In this document: piece by piece, positions 23,124 to 36,530 of the stretch
How the letters are laid out: every line of letters begins with the position of its first letter
How positions within the stretch are numbered: the first letter of the stretch is position 1
Origin: Mobula hypostoma
Taxonomy: Eukaryota
Assembly: GCF_963921235.1 (NCBI RefSeq)
Contig: NC_086108.1
Coordinates: 86,988,001 to 87,052,000 of the forward strand
DNA: 64,000 nucleotides
Direction of reading: 5' to 3'
Made by a program: the position numbers and the translations under genes
Notes under the pieces: generated by a model
What the model was told of the DNA's origin: nothing
Databases searched by the model: none
What the model saw: only the letters and a program-made list of their open reading frames with translations

Positions 23124-26100
23124 TAGTAATATATGAATCTATTTCTTTTAGAGAAATGACCCCCCCCCCACCCCGCACCACTTATTGGTCTGCTGTCTGC
23201 CCATGTGCATTGATATGTTGTCTGCGCATGAGCTGTTGTCTACAGACACACTTTGTTCTCTCTTTCACTGCAATGTGAATACACCAATTAAAGGTGTCTC
23301 CCGGGTGCATGCTTTTATTTAATAGATAAGTAGTTGTGCACAGACAAAAAAAGTTGTTGATGAGTACGAACCTGAATGTCAGAAAATATCACAAACTGCG
23401 TTGACAGTTACAGGACAAAACAGCAAGAGTTAAACAGCATGACAAAGTCATCACGGACTAAAAAAAGGAACGCGCGAGTAACAGAGAAAGACACGCTGGA
23501 TTCAAGGTGCAAGTAACATGCCGATGGCTTCAGTCAGGAAAGGTGACTAATTTGATAGCGCGAATGAAGACTGGGAGTCATATATCAAGAGGGGTGAACT
23601 GTATTGTAAAGCAAACAACGTGGAGGAGCAAAAGAAAGCCCCTACACTTCTTAGCTTAATTGGCCCAAGAACTTAGTTTCATACACAACCTAGTAACCCT
23701 TGAAAAAGCCAGCAAGCAAGAAGTTCAAAGAAATTGCTACAATTTTACAAAATCACCTGAGGCCTAAACTGCTGGTAATAGCTGAGAGATTTAGATTTCA
23801 CTTAAGGAACCAGTCAAAAGATGAAAGCATTTCTGAATACATTGAAGAACTGCACAAACCTTCCCAATACTGTGGCTTTAGAGATGGACTTTCTGATGCA
23901 TTAAGGGATAGGCTTGTATGTGACATGCATAGTCAAAGCACACAAGCGAGGCTGCTGGCAGAAAGAGACCTAAGCTTAGAATGGGCATTGACCATTGCAA
24001 CATCATTACAGACTGCCGCAAAGCATGCAGCAGAACTAGAGAAAAGGAGGTTGGAATGTGAAATGCACAATACGTCACAATGGTGCAAAAAGCCAAAAAT
24101 GTTATTGTTGTGGCAAGTACTCCCATGATGCAAATGACACTTGAGTTAAAGTAAAAGTCTGCAGAAAGTGTCATAGACAAGGTCACATAGAGAGAACGTG
24201 CAAGGTAGACAAAAAGCACAACTGAGTGAAAAGTCTCAAACACAAAACTAAGCAAAGGCATAAAGTTACCGAAAGTAAAACAGAATCAGACAACATAGGG
24301 ACTGACAACGGTGAACTGCCATGCCTAGAACTGCATAGTATCACTGAAGCAAAGCACAAAATCATCAGGATCACAATAGATGAGTCTGGTGTAAAACTGA
24401 AAATGAAGCTGGATACAGGATCTGCTTTGTCTATAATTCCAGAGGCTGACTACAACAGTCTGTTTTCTAAGATACCATTAGAGAAGACCTAAGTGATGTT
24501 AAAGACCTGCACAGGTTAAAAAATGTCCCCAAAAGATAAACTGAACGTGAAGGTGACTTATGGAGGCCAAACACAGCAGTTAGAACTTCATGTATTGAAA
24601 AGTGGAGGGCCAGCGCTTTTCAGATGTGAATAGTTGAGAAAAATCCAATTAGACTGGAACTCAATCAAAGCTTTCCATGTGAAATCAACAGGCAACAGTA
24701 ATGCTAATGAGATAGTGTTTGAGAAGAAGATTGGTAAACTCAAAGGCATGAAGACCAGAACTGACCTGAATGAAACTGGAGCCGTTTGCATATGTGGGGG
24801 ATTTCAAGCTGAGCATCAATCCAGTTTTGCGTACTGTGCAGTATCCCCTGCCATGAATAGAAGACATTTTTGCAACTGTGGCAGGTGGTGACAGGTTTCC
24901 AAAGATTGACTTGTCACAAGCCTATCTGAAAGTGGACATTGAGGAGTCAAGCAGAAAGTTCCTCACTATTAACACTCACAAGGGATTGTTCCAGTATAAT
25001 CGTCTCATCTTTGGCTTTGCATCAGCTCCAGCAATTCGGCAAAGAGCAATGGACCAAATGCTTCAAGATATCCCGGAAACACAATGTTACCTTGACGACA
25101 TCATCATGACTGGCAAAAATGATGAAGATCAGCTCTAGAACTTTGGTAAAGTGCTTACCAGGCTGACTGAGTATGATCTGTGTGCAAAGAGAGGTAAATG
25201 CGAGTTTTTCAAGAATGAAATCTCATATTGTGGACATATCATTCACAAGCATGGCTTACATAAGTCACAAAAGAAGACTGAAGCAGTGCTATAGGCACCC
25301 AAACTGGAAAATGTGTCACAACTCCAGTCATACTTAAACCTTGTAAACTACTATCATTGGTTTCTCAAATATTGCTACGGTGCTGCACCCATTGAAGGCA
25401 CTGTTACCAACATCTCACATAGACATCCTGAAACCAGATCTACAGAGGGAAGTGCAGAATAAACAGTTTAGCCAGTTGCCAAGTGAAGCCACAAGGAGCT
25501 TCGAGATAAGACTAGAAGTCCTAGCGCGGGATTACCGAGAAGACAAGTGGACACCCGGTAGGATAGCTACAAGAACTGGACCACTGATGTTCGCAGTGGA
25601 TGTTGGAGATGAGACATGGATATGTCATGTGGACCAGATACTGGATGCTCGACCGAAGAACACACCAGAGTCAATTGTATTGAACAAGATGGACACATTA
25701 CAGTCACTGGATTTACCTCTCCATGATGATCATGACACTTACAGCATCGTGACTCCAGAAACCAAGAACTTTGTCTTAGACAAGACACCTACCAAACCTG
25801 ATACAGGTGTCCCCCGCTTTTCGAACGTTCGCTTTACGAAACCTCACAATTACGAAAGACCTACATTAGTACCCTGTTTTCGCTTTCAGAAGGTGTTTTC
25901 ACTGTTACAAAAAAAAATTCAGTGCGCGATAAAAGGCAGAGCGCACCCCGAGCAGTCGCTCTCCCTGGGATTCGGAACTGCTTTGCTTTAACATGTGCCT
26001 GTGAGCAGCCATTTGCAAGATGAGGTCTATGGTATTGGAAAAGCCTGAAAGAGCTCGTAAGGGTGTTACACTTACAGTAAAACTAGACATAATTAAGCAT

Positions 26101-27747
26101 TTTGATCATGGTGAATGAAGTAAGGACTAAGTGAGTTTGGCTTGTGGAAGCTGATGAACATGATGTTGAAGAGGTTTTGGCATCCAATCACCAAGAATTG
26201 ACAGATGAAGAGCTGATGCAATTGGAAGAAAAAAGGATAACAATCGAAACCAAATGAGTAATGATAAAGTATGACTTTAATTTTAAAAGGGTACATCGGT
26301 TTAGGAGATATTTGCAGGATGGTTTGAGTCCTTATTAAAGAACTGTGTGATAGAAAAATGCGTGAGGCTCAGCAGTCAAGCAAGCCTTCCACATCAGCCA
26401 CAGCAGACGACGAACCTCGACCTTCGACATCGAGGCGGGCAGAGATAGAAGATGATGAGCTGTTTCTCTAATGGAAAGAGACAACGAGATGACACCCCAG
26501 TGTCCCACCACTCCAACCCCCAGGACACGGACAGATACCGATTCGCAGAAATTGCAACGGCAGCCGGGACACACACAGCACATCTTTAAGAAAAAAGCCG
26601 AAATAAATATGCTAAATAATTAGGTGCCGCCAACACGTAATTGTCGGCCCAGATCAGAGACGACGCAATTGGAAATCGGCACTGATCTGGGCCGACAATT
26701 ACATGTCGGGTGGCACCTAATTAATTAGCTTGTTTATTTCGGCTTTTTTCTTAAAGATGTGCTGTGTACCTCCCGACTACCGCTGGACCCCTGCGTGCTT
26801 CGCGGCAATGTATCGCTCGGAGGCCTGGAGGGTGGGGGCCACTGCACCACCCAACCTGCGACGACTCAGTCTAACACACCATCATCAGTGTGCTCGGCAA
26901 GCCATCTTCCCAATTCCGGTAAGTGATACTACACTGTACGTACATTATTTCCACTTCATATAGGCTGTGTATTTTTACGTGTTATTTGGTATGATTTGGC
27001 AGCTTCATAGCTTAAAGGTTACTGGAGAGAGTGTTCTTGCCAACAGCGCTTGCGTGAGATTTTCTGCTGACGGCGCTTGCGTGAGATTTTCGCTACGAAG
27101 AACAGTTCAGTAATGATTGTGGAAAAGTATTTCTACTTTATATAGGCTGTGTATTTATCATATCATTCCTGCTTTTACTATATGTTACTGTTATTTTAGG
27201 TTTTATGTGTTATTTGTCATGATTTGGTAGGTTATTTTTGGGTCTGCGGACGCTCACAAAATTTTCCCATATAAATAAATGGTAATTGCTTCTTCGCTTT
27301 ACGATATTTCGGCTTACGAACCGTTTCATAGGAACGCTCTACCTTCAGGTGGCAGGGGAAACCTGTACCACTCCACAAGTCCAGAGCCGCTATCCTGAAA
27401 GAAACAGAGTGCCACCCAAAAGACTGAACTTTTGGAATTGTGAAGTTAGTTATGAACTGTTATTGTGAAAGCATGTTTATTTGGAATATGGGTTTATGAA
27501 AGGAAAATTGAATGTTTAGTACATATAGTTTTGTGCTGCATTATTCTAAAAGGGGAGGAAGCATAATACATGGATCTATTTCTTTTAGAGATATGACCCC
27601 ACACTTAGAACTACGTACTGTTCTGTTGTCTCCACTTGAGCATTGTTCTCTTTCTCTCTTTTTCTGAAATGTGAATACACCAGTTAAAGCAATCTCCCAC
27701 ATGCGTGCTTTTGTTTAATTGATATGTAGTCATGCACAGACACAACA
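23124..27747 (+). mobile_element. Ty3/Gypsy LTR retrotransposon, decayed and internally deleted
   Basis: Diverged LTRs at ~23124-23352 and ~27561-27747 (shared atctatttcttttagaga.atgacccc and aatgtgaatacacca.ttaaag); PPT AAAAGGGGAGGAAG at ~27548. gag (AERFRFH.RNQ..ESI, LRDRLV), protease (LDTGSA), RT (IDLSQAY, INTHKGLFQYNRL.FG, YLDDII), and integrase tail (WTPGRI; RYPERNRVPPKRL). RNase H and integrase core are missing. Confidence 0.92.
25804..27365 (+). mobile_element. Tigger/pogo-like (TcMar) non-autonomous DNA transposon nested in Gypsy pol
   Basis: TA|CAGGTGTCCCCCGC...GCAGGGGAAACCTG|TA. Remnant KPERARKGVTLTVKLDIIKHFDHGE (CENP-B/psq-type HTH) at ~26041 and an acidic ELTDEELMQLEE C-terminus. 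The Gypsy frame resumes across the TA. Confidence 0.9.
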
Positions 27748-27926
27748 TTAATGTCAGTCCAAAATGGATGACCTCTTAACTGCAACTCACCTGAGTCACC
27801 CTACCCCTAGGCCAAAAGGAACCACCACTCAGAATCTACCTTGTCAACCCTGTCATTCTTCTAAGCTGAGTATCACACCATATGGAAGGTCACCATTATC
27901 AAATGTCGACTCAAAATGTTAACATC

Positions 27927-28062
27927 ATCTCTCTCTTTTTCTCTTTCTCTCTCTCCCTCTCTCCTTTTTCCCCACACACTCTCTCTCTGTCCCTCACTCC
28001 TCCTTCTCCCCCTCTCTCTCTCTTTCTCTCCCCCTCCCCATCTTTCCCTCTCACCCTCTCAC
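27927..28062 (+). repeat. CT-rich low-complexity tract inside a Penelope tail fragment (~27895-28120)
   Basis: (CT)n-like run between aaaatgttaac and cagatgctccctgacctgccgagt. Confidence 0.8.
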
Positions 28063-28364
28063 GTATACACACACAGATGCTCCCTGACCTGCCGAGTATT
28101 TCTAACAATTTCCTGTTTTTATAAAAAGTGTAGTATCTATGTCTTCCTCAACCAGGGCCAGTCCATCCAAGGCTGGCTGTGGCTCCTGTTTCCTTCTGAA
28201 TGGAAATCCAGTCTTCTAAGTCCCTGGTTGACATTGAATGCCTGTGCATTTTATTAGAAAGGAAATTAGAGTGTGTTAAGCCTTAAGAATCAGAGTACCA
28301 GGGCCAGTCCATCCAAGGCTGGTTGATGAAGGTTGTGTTGAGTACCTTTGTTCTGACGACCTCA

Positions 28365-28992
28365 AAAAGCAGGATCTCCGGTGGCTAACCATTTCAATTC
28401 AACTTCCTCTTTCCTATTTCCATTCTGGCATGTCTGTCCATGGCCTCCCCTACTGCCATGATGAGGCCAAGGTCATTTTCGATAAAACATGTCATATTCT
28501 ATATTGGTGGCCTCCAACTGGAAGACATGAACATCGGTATCACTATCTTTAGGGGATTTCCCCCCTTCCCTCTTTCTCTCTATTTCTGGTTATCCTGTCA
28601 CTCCTTCTCTTCTCCTCACCTGCCTATCACCACCCTCTGATTCCCCTCTTCCTTCCCTTTCTTCTATGGTCCACTGTCTTCTCCTCTTAGATTCCTTGTT
28701 CTTCAGCCCTTTACCTCCTGCCTATCCCTTCTTAGCTTCTTACTTCATCCCCCTTCCTCCCACCCATCTTCGCCTTTATCTGCTCCTATCTATCACTTGT
28801 CAGCTTGTATCCCATTCCCTTCCCCCATCTTCTTATTCAGGTTTTTGTCCCCCTTCCTTTCCATTCCAGATGAAGGGTGTCAGCCCATCTATTTATTCCT
28901 CTACGTGGATGCTGCCTGACTTGCCGAGTTTCTCCAGCATTTTGTTGTGCTGCTGAAGAATTTCAGCATCTGCGGAATATCTTGGGTTTATA
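28365..28992 (+). mobile_element. Penelope 3' fragment, decayed
   Basis: Homologous to 7811-8355 (caggatctccggtggctaaccatttcaattc...ggatgctgcctgacttgccgagtttctccagcattttg). Confidence 0.8.
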
Positions 28993-30182
28993 GATTAAGC
29001 CTATGGCTGCATAGTATTATTCTTCTAAGCGGCACCAAACATCAATATACTCATGTGCTTGGAGCTGCTGAGGTGCCTTAGAAACCCTGCAATTTGTCCA
29101 AGGTGCCAACTTAAGTTAGGCTGTGGCTCCTGTTTCCTTCTGAACAGAAATCCAGTCTTCTAAGTCCCTGGTTGACATTGAATGCCTGTGCATTTTATTA
29201 GGAAGGAAATTAGAGTGTGTTAAGCCTTATGAATCAGAGTACTGGTAATAAATTAATTTGTCAAGCTGTTTTGAGGTCGTATTTGCTGCAAGTTGATTTT
29301 CCTGTAGAAGGTGGCTTGTAATATACCAACTGATTGTACAATTTATGCTGCAACGGTTAGTCCCCCACTAAATCAATATAATTACAACAAGTAGTTGAAA
29401 ATAGTCATAAGTGGCTTTGAATATGAAAAAATACTGTTGCAGATCACATCAAATTGAATATTAATCACTCACTGCAATTGTATAGATCGTAGCAGGTTTA
29501 TACCTAACTGAAAATATACGTAATATATCTATGATTCATGAAGGGAGAACTGAAGACATTGCACCCCTTTAAATGTGACATCTAGCACAGGAAATGGCAG
29601 TTTGCCTTAGCTGAAAAAACATCCCCTACAATTGAATTAATTGATGGTTTAGTCACAGGTGGTAATCCATTATGATGAAGCACAATTCAGTTTATAAAAT
29701 ACAGGTAATTGTGATAAGTGCCTTATTATTACCAGTGGAAGCTTTGATGATTTTAGCATGGCAGCATGTCACACACCACAGAGAGAATGTACTCAGCCGA
29801 TTGAACCAGTACCGGCCTTTGGCCTGAACCAACGCCGTTCTCCTGTTCCTTCGCTACAGACCAGAATGTCAATCCTTTCGAGCTTTATGCCATTGTCTTG
29901 TGAATATTACATTTGGATTTAATTATGATGAATTTGCCAACTGAGGCTCTGACCTGCCCATATTTATCTACCTGAATGCTGGCTCCCTCTGCTTGAGAGT
30001 CATCGATGAAACGTAATGAGTGCTCCAGGTGATTTGGTCCCAGGATGAGGTGGAGCCCTGCGTCCAGACAAAGTAGGAGGTTTCAACAGTGTCTCTGATG
30101 TCCTGTCCAAGATGACGCTTGTGACCCACAGCGACATGGTACAGGCTGCTCACAAAACTACTAGATATTCTGCTAGTTGTGT

Positions 30183-30598
30183 GTTCGTCCATCGTCGACA
30201 TCGATGAGGACCTCGACACCATTATGATGGTGTCGAGACTAGCGCGTGATTTGGATTTAAGTGAGGGAGAGTTGCACAGCGTCAGCCTCACTCTCTCTTC
30301 CCAATTCCCATCTGGATCCAGTGGCAAGACAGAGTTGGGACGGCTGGAGATGGGACTAGGCGCAGTGGATGACCAGGATGTCTTCTGTGTCTTGTCCTGC
30401 TCTACACGTTCCACAACGCTTGCAGAGACCGCTTTCTTGACCATTGGACCTTCCATTCGTCTTGTCCACTCAATCTGCCAGAGTCTGTCTTCACATGCTG
30501 GGATAGACAACTCCCTATCTCACCAAGGGTTTGAGACCCATCGGCTACCCTCACCTGGTTTAGCCGGCTTGTTGAAGCCATTGCCCGGGGTGTGCCAC
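30183..30598 (-). mobile_element. Second, 5'-truncated copy of the HDV-ribozyme retroelement
   Basis: Reverse complement aligns with ~2463-2835 plus 2980-3018. It keeps P1', P4, J4/2 and P2' but lacks the ribozyme 5' half. Possible degenerate TSD tctgctagttgtg / tctactagctatg. Confidence 0.85.
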
Positions 30599-31349
30599 TC
30601 TACTAGCTATGCATCTTCTGAACTACAATCATTGTGATCCACAGCCTGTAATTTCCCTATAAAAGATGTACTTTTGAACCATCTAAACAAACGAGTGATT
30701 GTACCATCTCCTGAAGGATTCGGTGAACTTGACTCATGAGAATGCAGGTATGGCAGCAGCGCCCATAGCCCACTGTATCAAGTCCTGAGAGCAGGAAATG
30801 AACCTTTGCTCAGCTCCATTACTTCACACTGATTAAAGCTTCAAGCCAAATTAAATCATCAAGGACCAAGAGTGGAAAATGAGCTGGTGTTCAGCACCAT
30901 CTGCCTGCGTTTGACCCACTACCAGTGCAGGAGTCTTAGGTCCCATGCCACCAGGTTCAGGCGCAGTTGTTGCTCTACAGCTATCAGGCTCCTGGGCCAG
31001 CTTCACTCGTCTCAGCGGTGGACTCACATTCCGGGACTCTGCAGCTCATGTTCCATGTGTTATTTGTTTACTTTTCTTTTACTATTTGCATGATGTGTCT
31101 TGTTGTGCACAATGGATGTTTGTCAGTCTTTGTTGTGAGAGGTTTTTCGTGGATTCTATTGTGTTTCTTTGTTTTGTGGATGCCTGCAAGAGGATTCTCA
31201 AGGCTGTTATACACTACATGGTATACATACTTTGATAATAGATTTCAACTTTAAACTTCGACCTGATAATCTGAAACGCCTAAATCTATTAATATTGCTT
31301 TAAATAATTAAAAATACTTTATTGAAAACTAAAAATAACATTCATTAAA

Positions 31350-31661
31350 TATAGTAATATAGGCATCCATTAGTCTCGTGAGACCACGGATTTGCGCCTT
31401 GAAAGTTTTCCAGAGTGCAGGTCTGGGCAAGGTTGTATGGAAGACCGGCAGTTGCCCATGCTGCAAGTCTCCCCTCTCCACGCCACCGATGTTGTCCAAG
31501 GGAAGGGCACTAGGGCCAATACAGCTTGGCACCGGTGTTGTCGCAGAGCAATGTGTGGTTAACTGCCTTGCTCAAGGACACAACACGTTGCCTCGGCTGA
31601 GGCTCGAACTAGCAACTTTCAGATCACTAGACCGACGCCTTATCCACTTGGCCACGCGCCA
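31350..31661 (-). mobile_element. tRNA-derived SINE with an RTE-like 3' end, full length
   Basis: Minus-strand head GGCGCGTGGCCAAGTGGATAAGGCG...AGTTCGAGCC (A/B boxes); TSD ATTCATTAAA at 31340-31349 and 31662-31671. Confidence 0.85.
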
Positions 31662-32289
31662 ATTCATTAAAACATTTCAAAGTATTAAGTAATGATTGAC
31701 TACTTCAAATCCAATTTATGTTTTGCCTTCTAATCTCCAGGTGAGGTATCCCCATTCAGTGAATTCAAATTAATAGAATTAGTATGTCTGTCTATCAGAA
31801 TTGCAGAAATGGATTCCATTGCATGAAGCTGGGAAGTTGCAGCACAGCTGGTTTCTGTCATTGGATTCCACGCGGAATCCAGTGGTGGAGCTGGCACCTG
31901 TCAATTACCATGTTCCAATATTACAGCAGGCACAAGCAAGACCAGTGTTCTCTTACCTGAGAATACCTCATTGTTTATTGTTCTCAGCTTTGAAAAGGGG
32001 AAGTGTGTCGATATAAGGGAAGCATGCAGTACTGGGGCATGGGACTCACTGGGCAGTTAGTTGAAAGAGCAGCTGGATTACTTTTATTTTCCATGGCAAC
32101 AATCAGTGACAAAAGGAAATGATGCAGATGAACATTTTGAACATTTATTTACTGATATTTCTCTAACATTTAAACAGGTACAATTCTGACATAGAACATA
32201 GAATAGTACAGCACAATACAGGCCCTTCAGCCCACAATCTTGTGCCGACCTTTTAACATTATTGAAGTATCCTAAACTCTGAACATTAG

Positions 32290-34935
32290 ATAGAGTCATA
32301 GAGTCATCGAAAACTACAGCACAGAAACAGACCCTTCGGTCCATCTAGACCAGACCAGACTATTTATCTGCTTAGTCCCATTTACCTGCACCCACACCCA
32401 AGCCCTCCATATCCCTCCCATCTCTGTACCTATCCAAACTTCTCTTAAATGTTGAAATTAACCCTGCACCCACCACTTGCACGGGCAGCTCGTTCCACAC
32501 TCTTACCACACTCTGAGTGAAGAAGTTTTCCCTCAAGTTCCTCTTAAACATTTCACTGTTCAGCCTTCCCCGTGACCTCTAGTTGCTGTATCACCCATCC
32601 TCAATGGAAAGAGCCTGCTTGTGTTTACCCTATCTATACCCCTCATAATTTTGTATACCTTTATCAAATTTCCCCTCAATTTTCTATATTCTAGGAAATA
32701 AAGTTTTAACCTATTTAACCTTTCCTTATAACTCAGGTCCTCCAGTCTCAGCAACATCCTTGTAAATCTTCTCTGTACACTTCCAATCTTATTTACATCT
32801 TTCCTGTAGGTAGGTAACCAAAACTGCACACAATACACTCCACTACAAAGTAGGCCTCACCAATGTCTTAATTTTAACATAATATCCCAACTCCTGTACT
32901 CAGTACTTTGATCAATGAAGGCCAAAGTGCCAAAAGCTTTCTTTACAACCCTATCAACCCATGATGCCACGTTCAATGAATTACGGACCTGTGTTCACAG
33001 ATCCCTTTGTTCCCTGCCACTCATGGTGTAAGAACTGTCCTGGCTGGTCTTCTCAAAGTGCAACACCTCACACTTGTCTGCATTAAATTTTACCTGCCAT
33101 TTTCGGCCCATTTTTCCAACTGATCCAGACTTTGATAGTCTTCTCTGCTGTCTACTACACCCCCAAACTTGGAGTCATCCACAAATTTGCTGATCCAGTT
33201 AACCACATTATCATCCAGATTATAGATATAGATGACAAACAATAACAGACCCAGCACCAATCCCTGAGGCACTCCACTAGACACAGGCCTCCAGTCTCAA
33301 AGGCAACCATCTACTGCCACTGTCTGGCTCCTCCTGAAAAGACAATATCTATCCTATTTACTACCTCATCTTGAATGCCAAGCAACTGAAGCTTCTTGAC
33401 CAACCTCTCATGCGGGACCTTATCAAGTGCCTGGCTGAAGTCCAAGGAGACAGTATCCACTATCTTGCCTTCATCAACTTTCCTGGTAACTGCCTTGAAA
33501 AACTCTATAAGACAGGTTAAACAGCAAGTACCTTCTCCTCTGTAACCTGTATAGGATCCGTGACCTCGCTGCTGCTTTGCCTCACTTCCATGGAGTCTGT
33601 GTCTGTCTCCAGAGTAAACACAGATGCAAAAACTCTAAGATCTCCCCGGTCTCTTTTGGCTCCACACATAGATTACTGTTCTGATCTTCCAGAAGACCAA
33701 TTTTGCCCCTTGCAATCCTTCTGCTCTTAACATATCTGTAGAAAACCTTCAGATTCTCCTTCACCTGTCTGCTGCAGCAACCTCGCACCTTCTTTCAACC
33801 AAGCTGCTTTCTTTCTTGTTCTCTTGCATTTCTTATACTCCTCAAGTACCTCATTTGTTCCGACCTGCATATACCTGCTATGCACCTCCCTTTGTTCTTA
33901 ACCAGGACATCAATATCTCTCGAAAACCAAGGTTCCCTAAACCCTTTATCGTTGCCTTTTATTCTGACAGTCACATACAAGCTTTGTACTTTCAAAATTT
34001 TACTTATGAAGGCCTCCCACTTCCCAAGTGCACCTTTCCCTGAAAACTGCCTGTCCCAATCCACATTGAGTCCTGATGAAGTACCTCCGGCATTTTGTGT
34101 ATGTTGCTTCGGATTTCCAGTATCTGCCGAATTTCTCATATTTGTGGTAACTTTCTTACACCTCATTCCACCCATAAAGCTTCACCAAATGAGTTCTCCA
34201 GTCTGTCCTGATGGACACTACTGTGACAATTTTCCTGACTAGTAACATCACACTTCCTTTTTTAATCCCTCGCACTCTATCACATCTAAAACAACAGAAC
34301 CTAGAACAATGAGCTGCCAGTTTTGCTCCTCCTGAAACCAAGTCCTACTAATGGCAACAATATCATAATTCCATCCCCTGGCCTTACGTGCCCTTCCTGC
34401 AATACTTTTTGCATTGAAATATACACAACTCAGAACATTAACCCCACCACTCTCAGCCTATTGATTGCTGATTTTATCTGATACCTTAACAACTTCTGTC
34501 TCCACAACCACTCCACTATCTGTTCTGGCACTTCATTAACCCTCTCCCCCTCAACCCCCCCCCCCCCCCGTGTAATACCAGTGAACCTTCCCGCTAGGAA
34601 ATTAGTCTCCTTCCAGTTTAGGTGAAAACTGTCTCTTCTGTACAGGTTCCATCTTCCCTGGAAGAGAGCCCAATGATCCAAAAATCTGAAGCCCCCCCTC
34701 CTACACCAACTCCTCAGCCATGTGTTAAACTGTATGATATTCCTATTTCTGGCCTCACTAGTACGTGGCATAGGCAGCAACCTTGAGATCACAACCATGG
34801 GGGTCCTGTCCTTTACTTAACTGCCTGAACTCACTTTGCAGAACCTTGTCCCTCTTCCTATCTATGCCATTGGTACCTATATGGACGACAATCTGTGGAT
34901 GCTCATTGTCCCACTTAAGAATGCTGCAGACTGAA
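32290..34935 (-). mobile_element. Old CR1 LINE with an ORF1 SGNH/GDSL esterase remnant and fragmented ORF2; Penelope fragment nested at ~34066-34150
   Basis: ORF 34430-34798 (VVIS.LLP, NTWLRSWCRRGGFRFLDHW, YRRDSFHLN) is the CR1 ORF1 esterase. ORF2 pieces include SGVPQGLVLG, KFVDDSK and YCVQFW. Confidence 0.88.
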
Positions 34936-35529
34936 ATATCTCAAAATCCTTTACCTTGGTTAGAACTTTACCTTGGTTTGAGTGGGCAGCACACCACTAG
35001 GTAGAGTTACAAACAAAATTACATACTATAGATTGAATATTATACCATTGAATTGAATATTAAATTGTGTTAATGTGTAAATAAATGTGAAATCTTGCAA
35101 TCCTCACCTTCCAACATATATTTTTAAGGTCTGTGAATGTCATGAGTGCTTTCAACTTTCCTACATTTCAAGGGCGTACCTGCAAGGGTAACACAAGACC
35201 AACCATTGTTAATACACGCCTCCATCCATCATTTTGCTTGACAGAGCAAACAATTACTACAGTTTCTTCTGCGGGTCAAGAAACACTGGCAGGAGAGGGT
35301 GAGTCACTTTTCAAGGTGGTTTGACTTACCAGTGTGTAAGAACTCTGATAATGATCTGAGCTGACATATGGACTTCTTGCAAATTTGCCTTGGAATTATT
35401 GCATGCTTAAGGATTTAACTCTGTAAACAATAATCTGCCAGGGGAACTCAATGGGTTTAACAGTATCTGTGGGGTGGGCAATGGGGGGTGAAAGGGTTAG
35501 AATCATAAAGTCATAGAGGATAGAAATGG

Positions 35530-36035
35530 GCAAATTTCTCGCAAATTTCTGTTGATGGACTGTGGAGGATATTCTAACTGAATGCATCACCATCTGGTGT
35601 GGGTGCAGAGCACTGCACAGGGTCAAAATAAGCTGCAGAAAGTTGTAAACTCAGTCAGCTCTGTCATGGCTACTAGCCTCCTCAGCATCCAGGACAACTT
35701 CAAGGAGCGATGCCTCAAAAAAGTGGCATTCATCATTAAAGATTCCCATCACCCAGGACATGCCCTCTTCTCATTGCGAGGGAGGAGGTACAGGAGCTCA
35801 ACAATTCATGAATAGCTTCTCCCCCACTACCATCAGATTTCTGAATGGCACTGAACCCATGAACAATACCTCTCTTTTTGCACTACTTATTTAATTTAAT
35901 TTTTAAAATATTTATACGTATACACTTCTTATTGTAATTTACATTTTTTATTATTATGTATTGCATCGTACTGCTGCCGCATAACAACAAATTTCACGAC
36001 ATATGCCAGTGATATTAAACCCGATTCTGATTCTG
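35530..36035 (+). mobile_element. Rex1/Babar-like LINE 3' fragment
   Basis: IIKDSHHPGHALFSL motif and (GATTCT)n tail; same family as 14670-15360. Confidence 0.75.
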
Positions 36036-36039
36036 AAAT

Positions 36040-36530
36040 GGTCAGTCGGCCCAATAGGTCTAATACAGCCGATTCCAACCTAAGATAATCCTGTTTGTCT
36101 CAGTTTGGTCCATTGCCTCTATCTATGTCCTTCAGGTACTTTTCAAAAGCTGTTAATGTACCTGCCTCAACCACTTCCTTTGAAAGCCCTATCCCTACAA
36201 TGACTGCCCACTGGGTAGAAAAGTTGCCCCTCAGGCTCCTACTAGATCTCTCCCTTCTCTTACACCTATGCTGTCTAGTTTTTGATTCACCAGCTGTGGG
36301 TAAATACTGTGTGCATTGGCCCTATTTATGCCCCTCATGTTTCTAAATGACTCTATAAGATCACATCTCATTCTCCTATGGTACGATGAAAAAAATCCAA
36401 AACTGCCCGATTTTTCTCCATAACTTACTCTCTCAAGTCTGGACAATATCCTTGTAAATCTCCTTTGTACTCTTTCTAGCTTAAAGGTATCTTCCCAGCT
36501 TAAAGGTATCTTCCCTGTAGCAGGTAGAAC
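36040..36530 (-). mobile_element. Old CR1 3' fragment
   Basis: RRMRCDLIE remnant in ORF 36231-36446. Confidence 0.65.

Noticed and set aside
29968..30170. Possible minus-strand exon ending at CAG|GTAG (~29971)
   Set aside because: No recognisable peptide in any frame and no convincing acceptor site.
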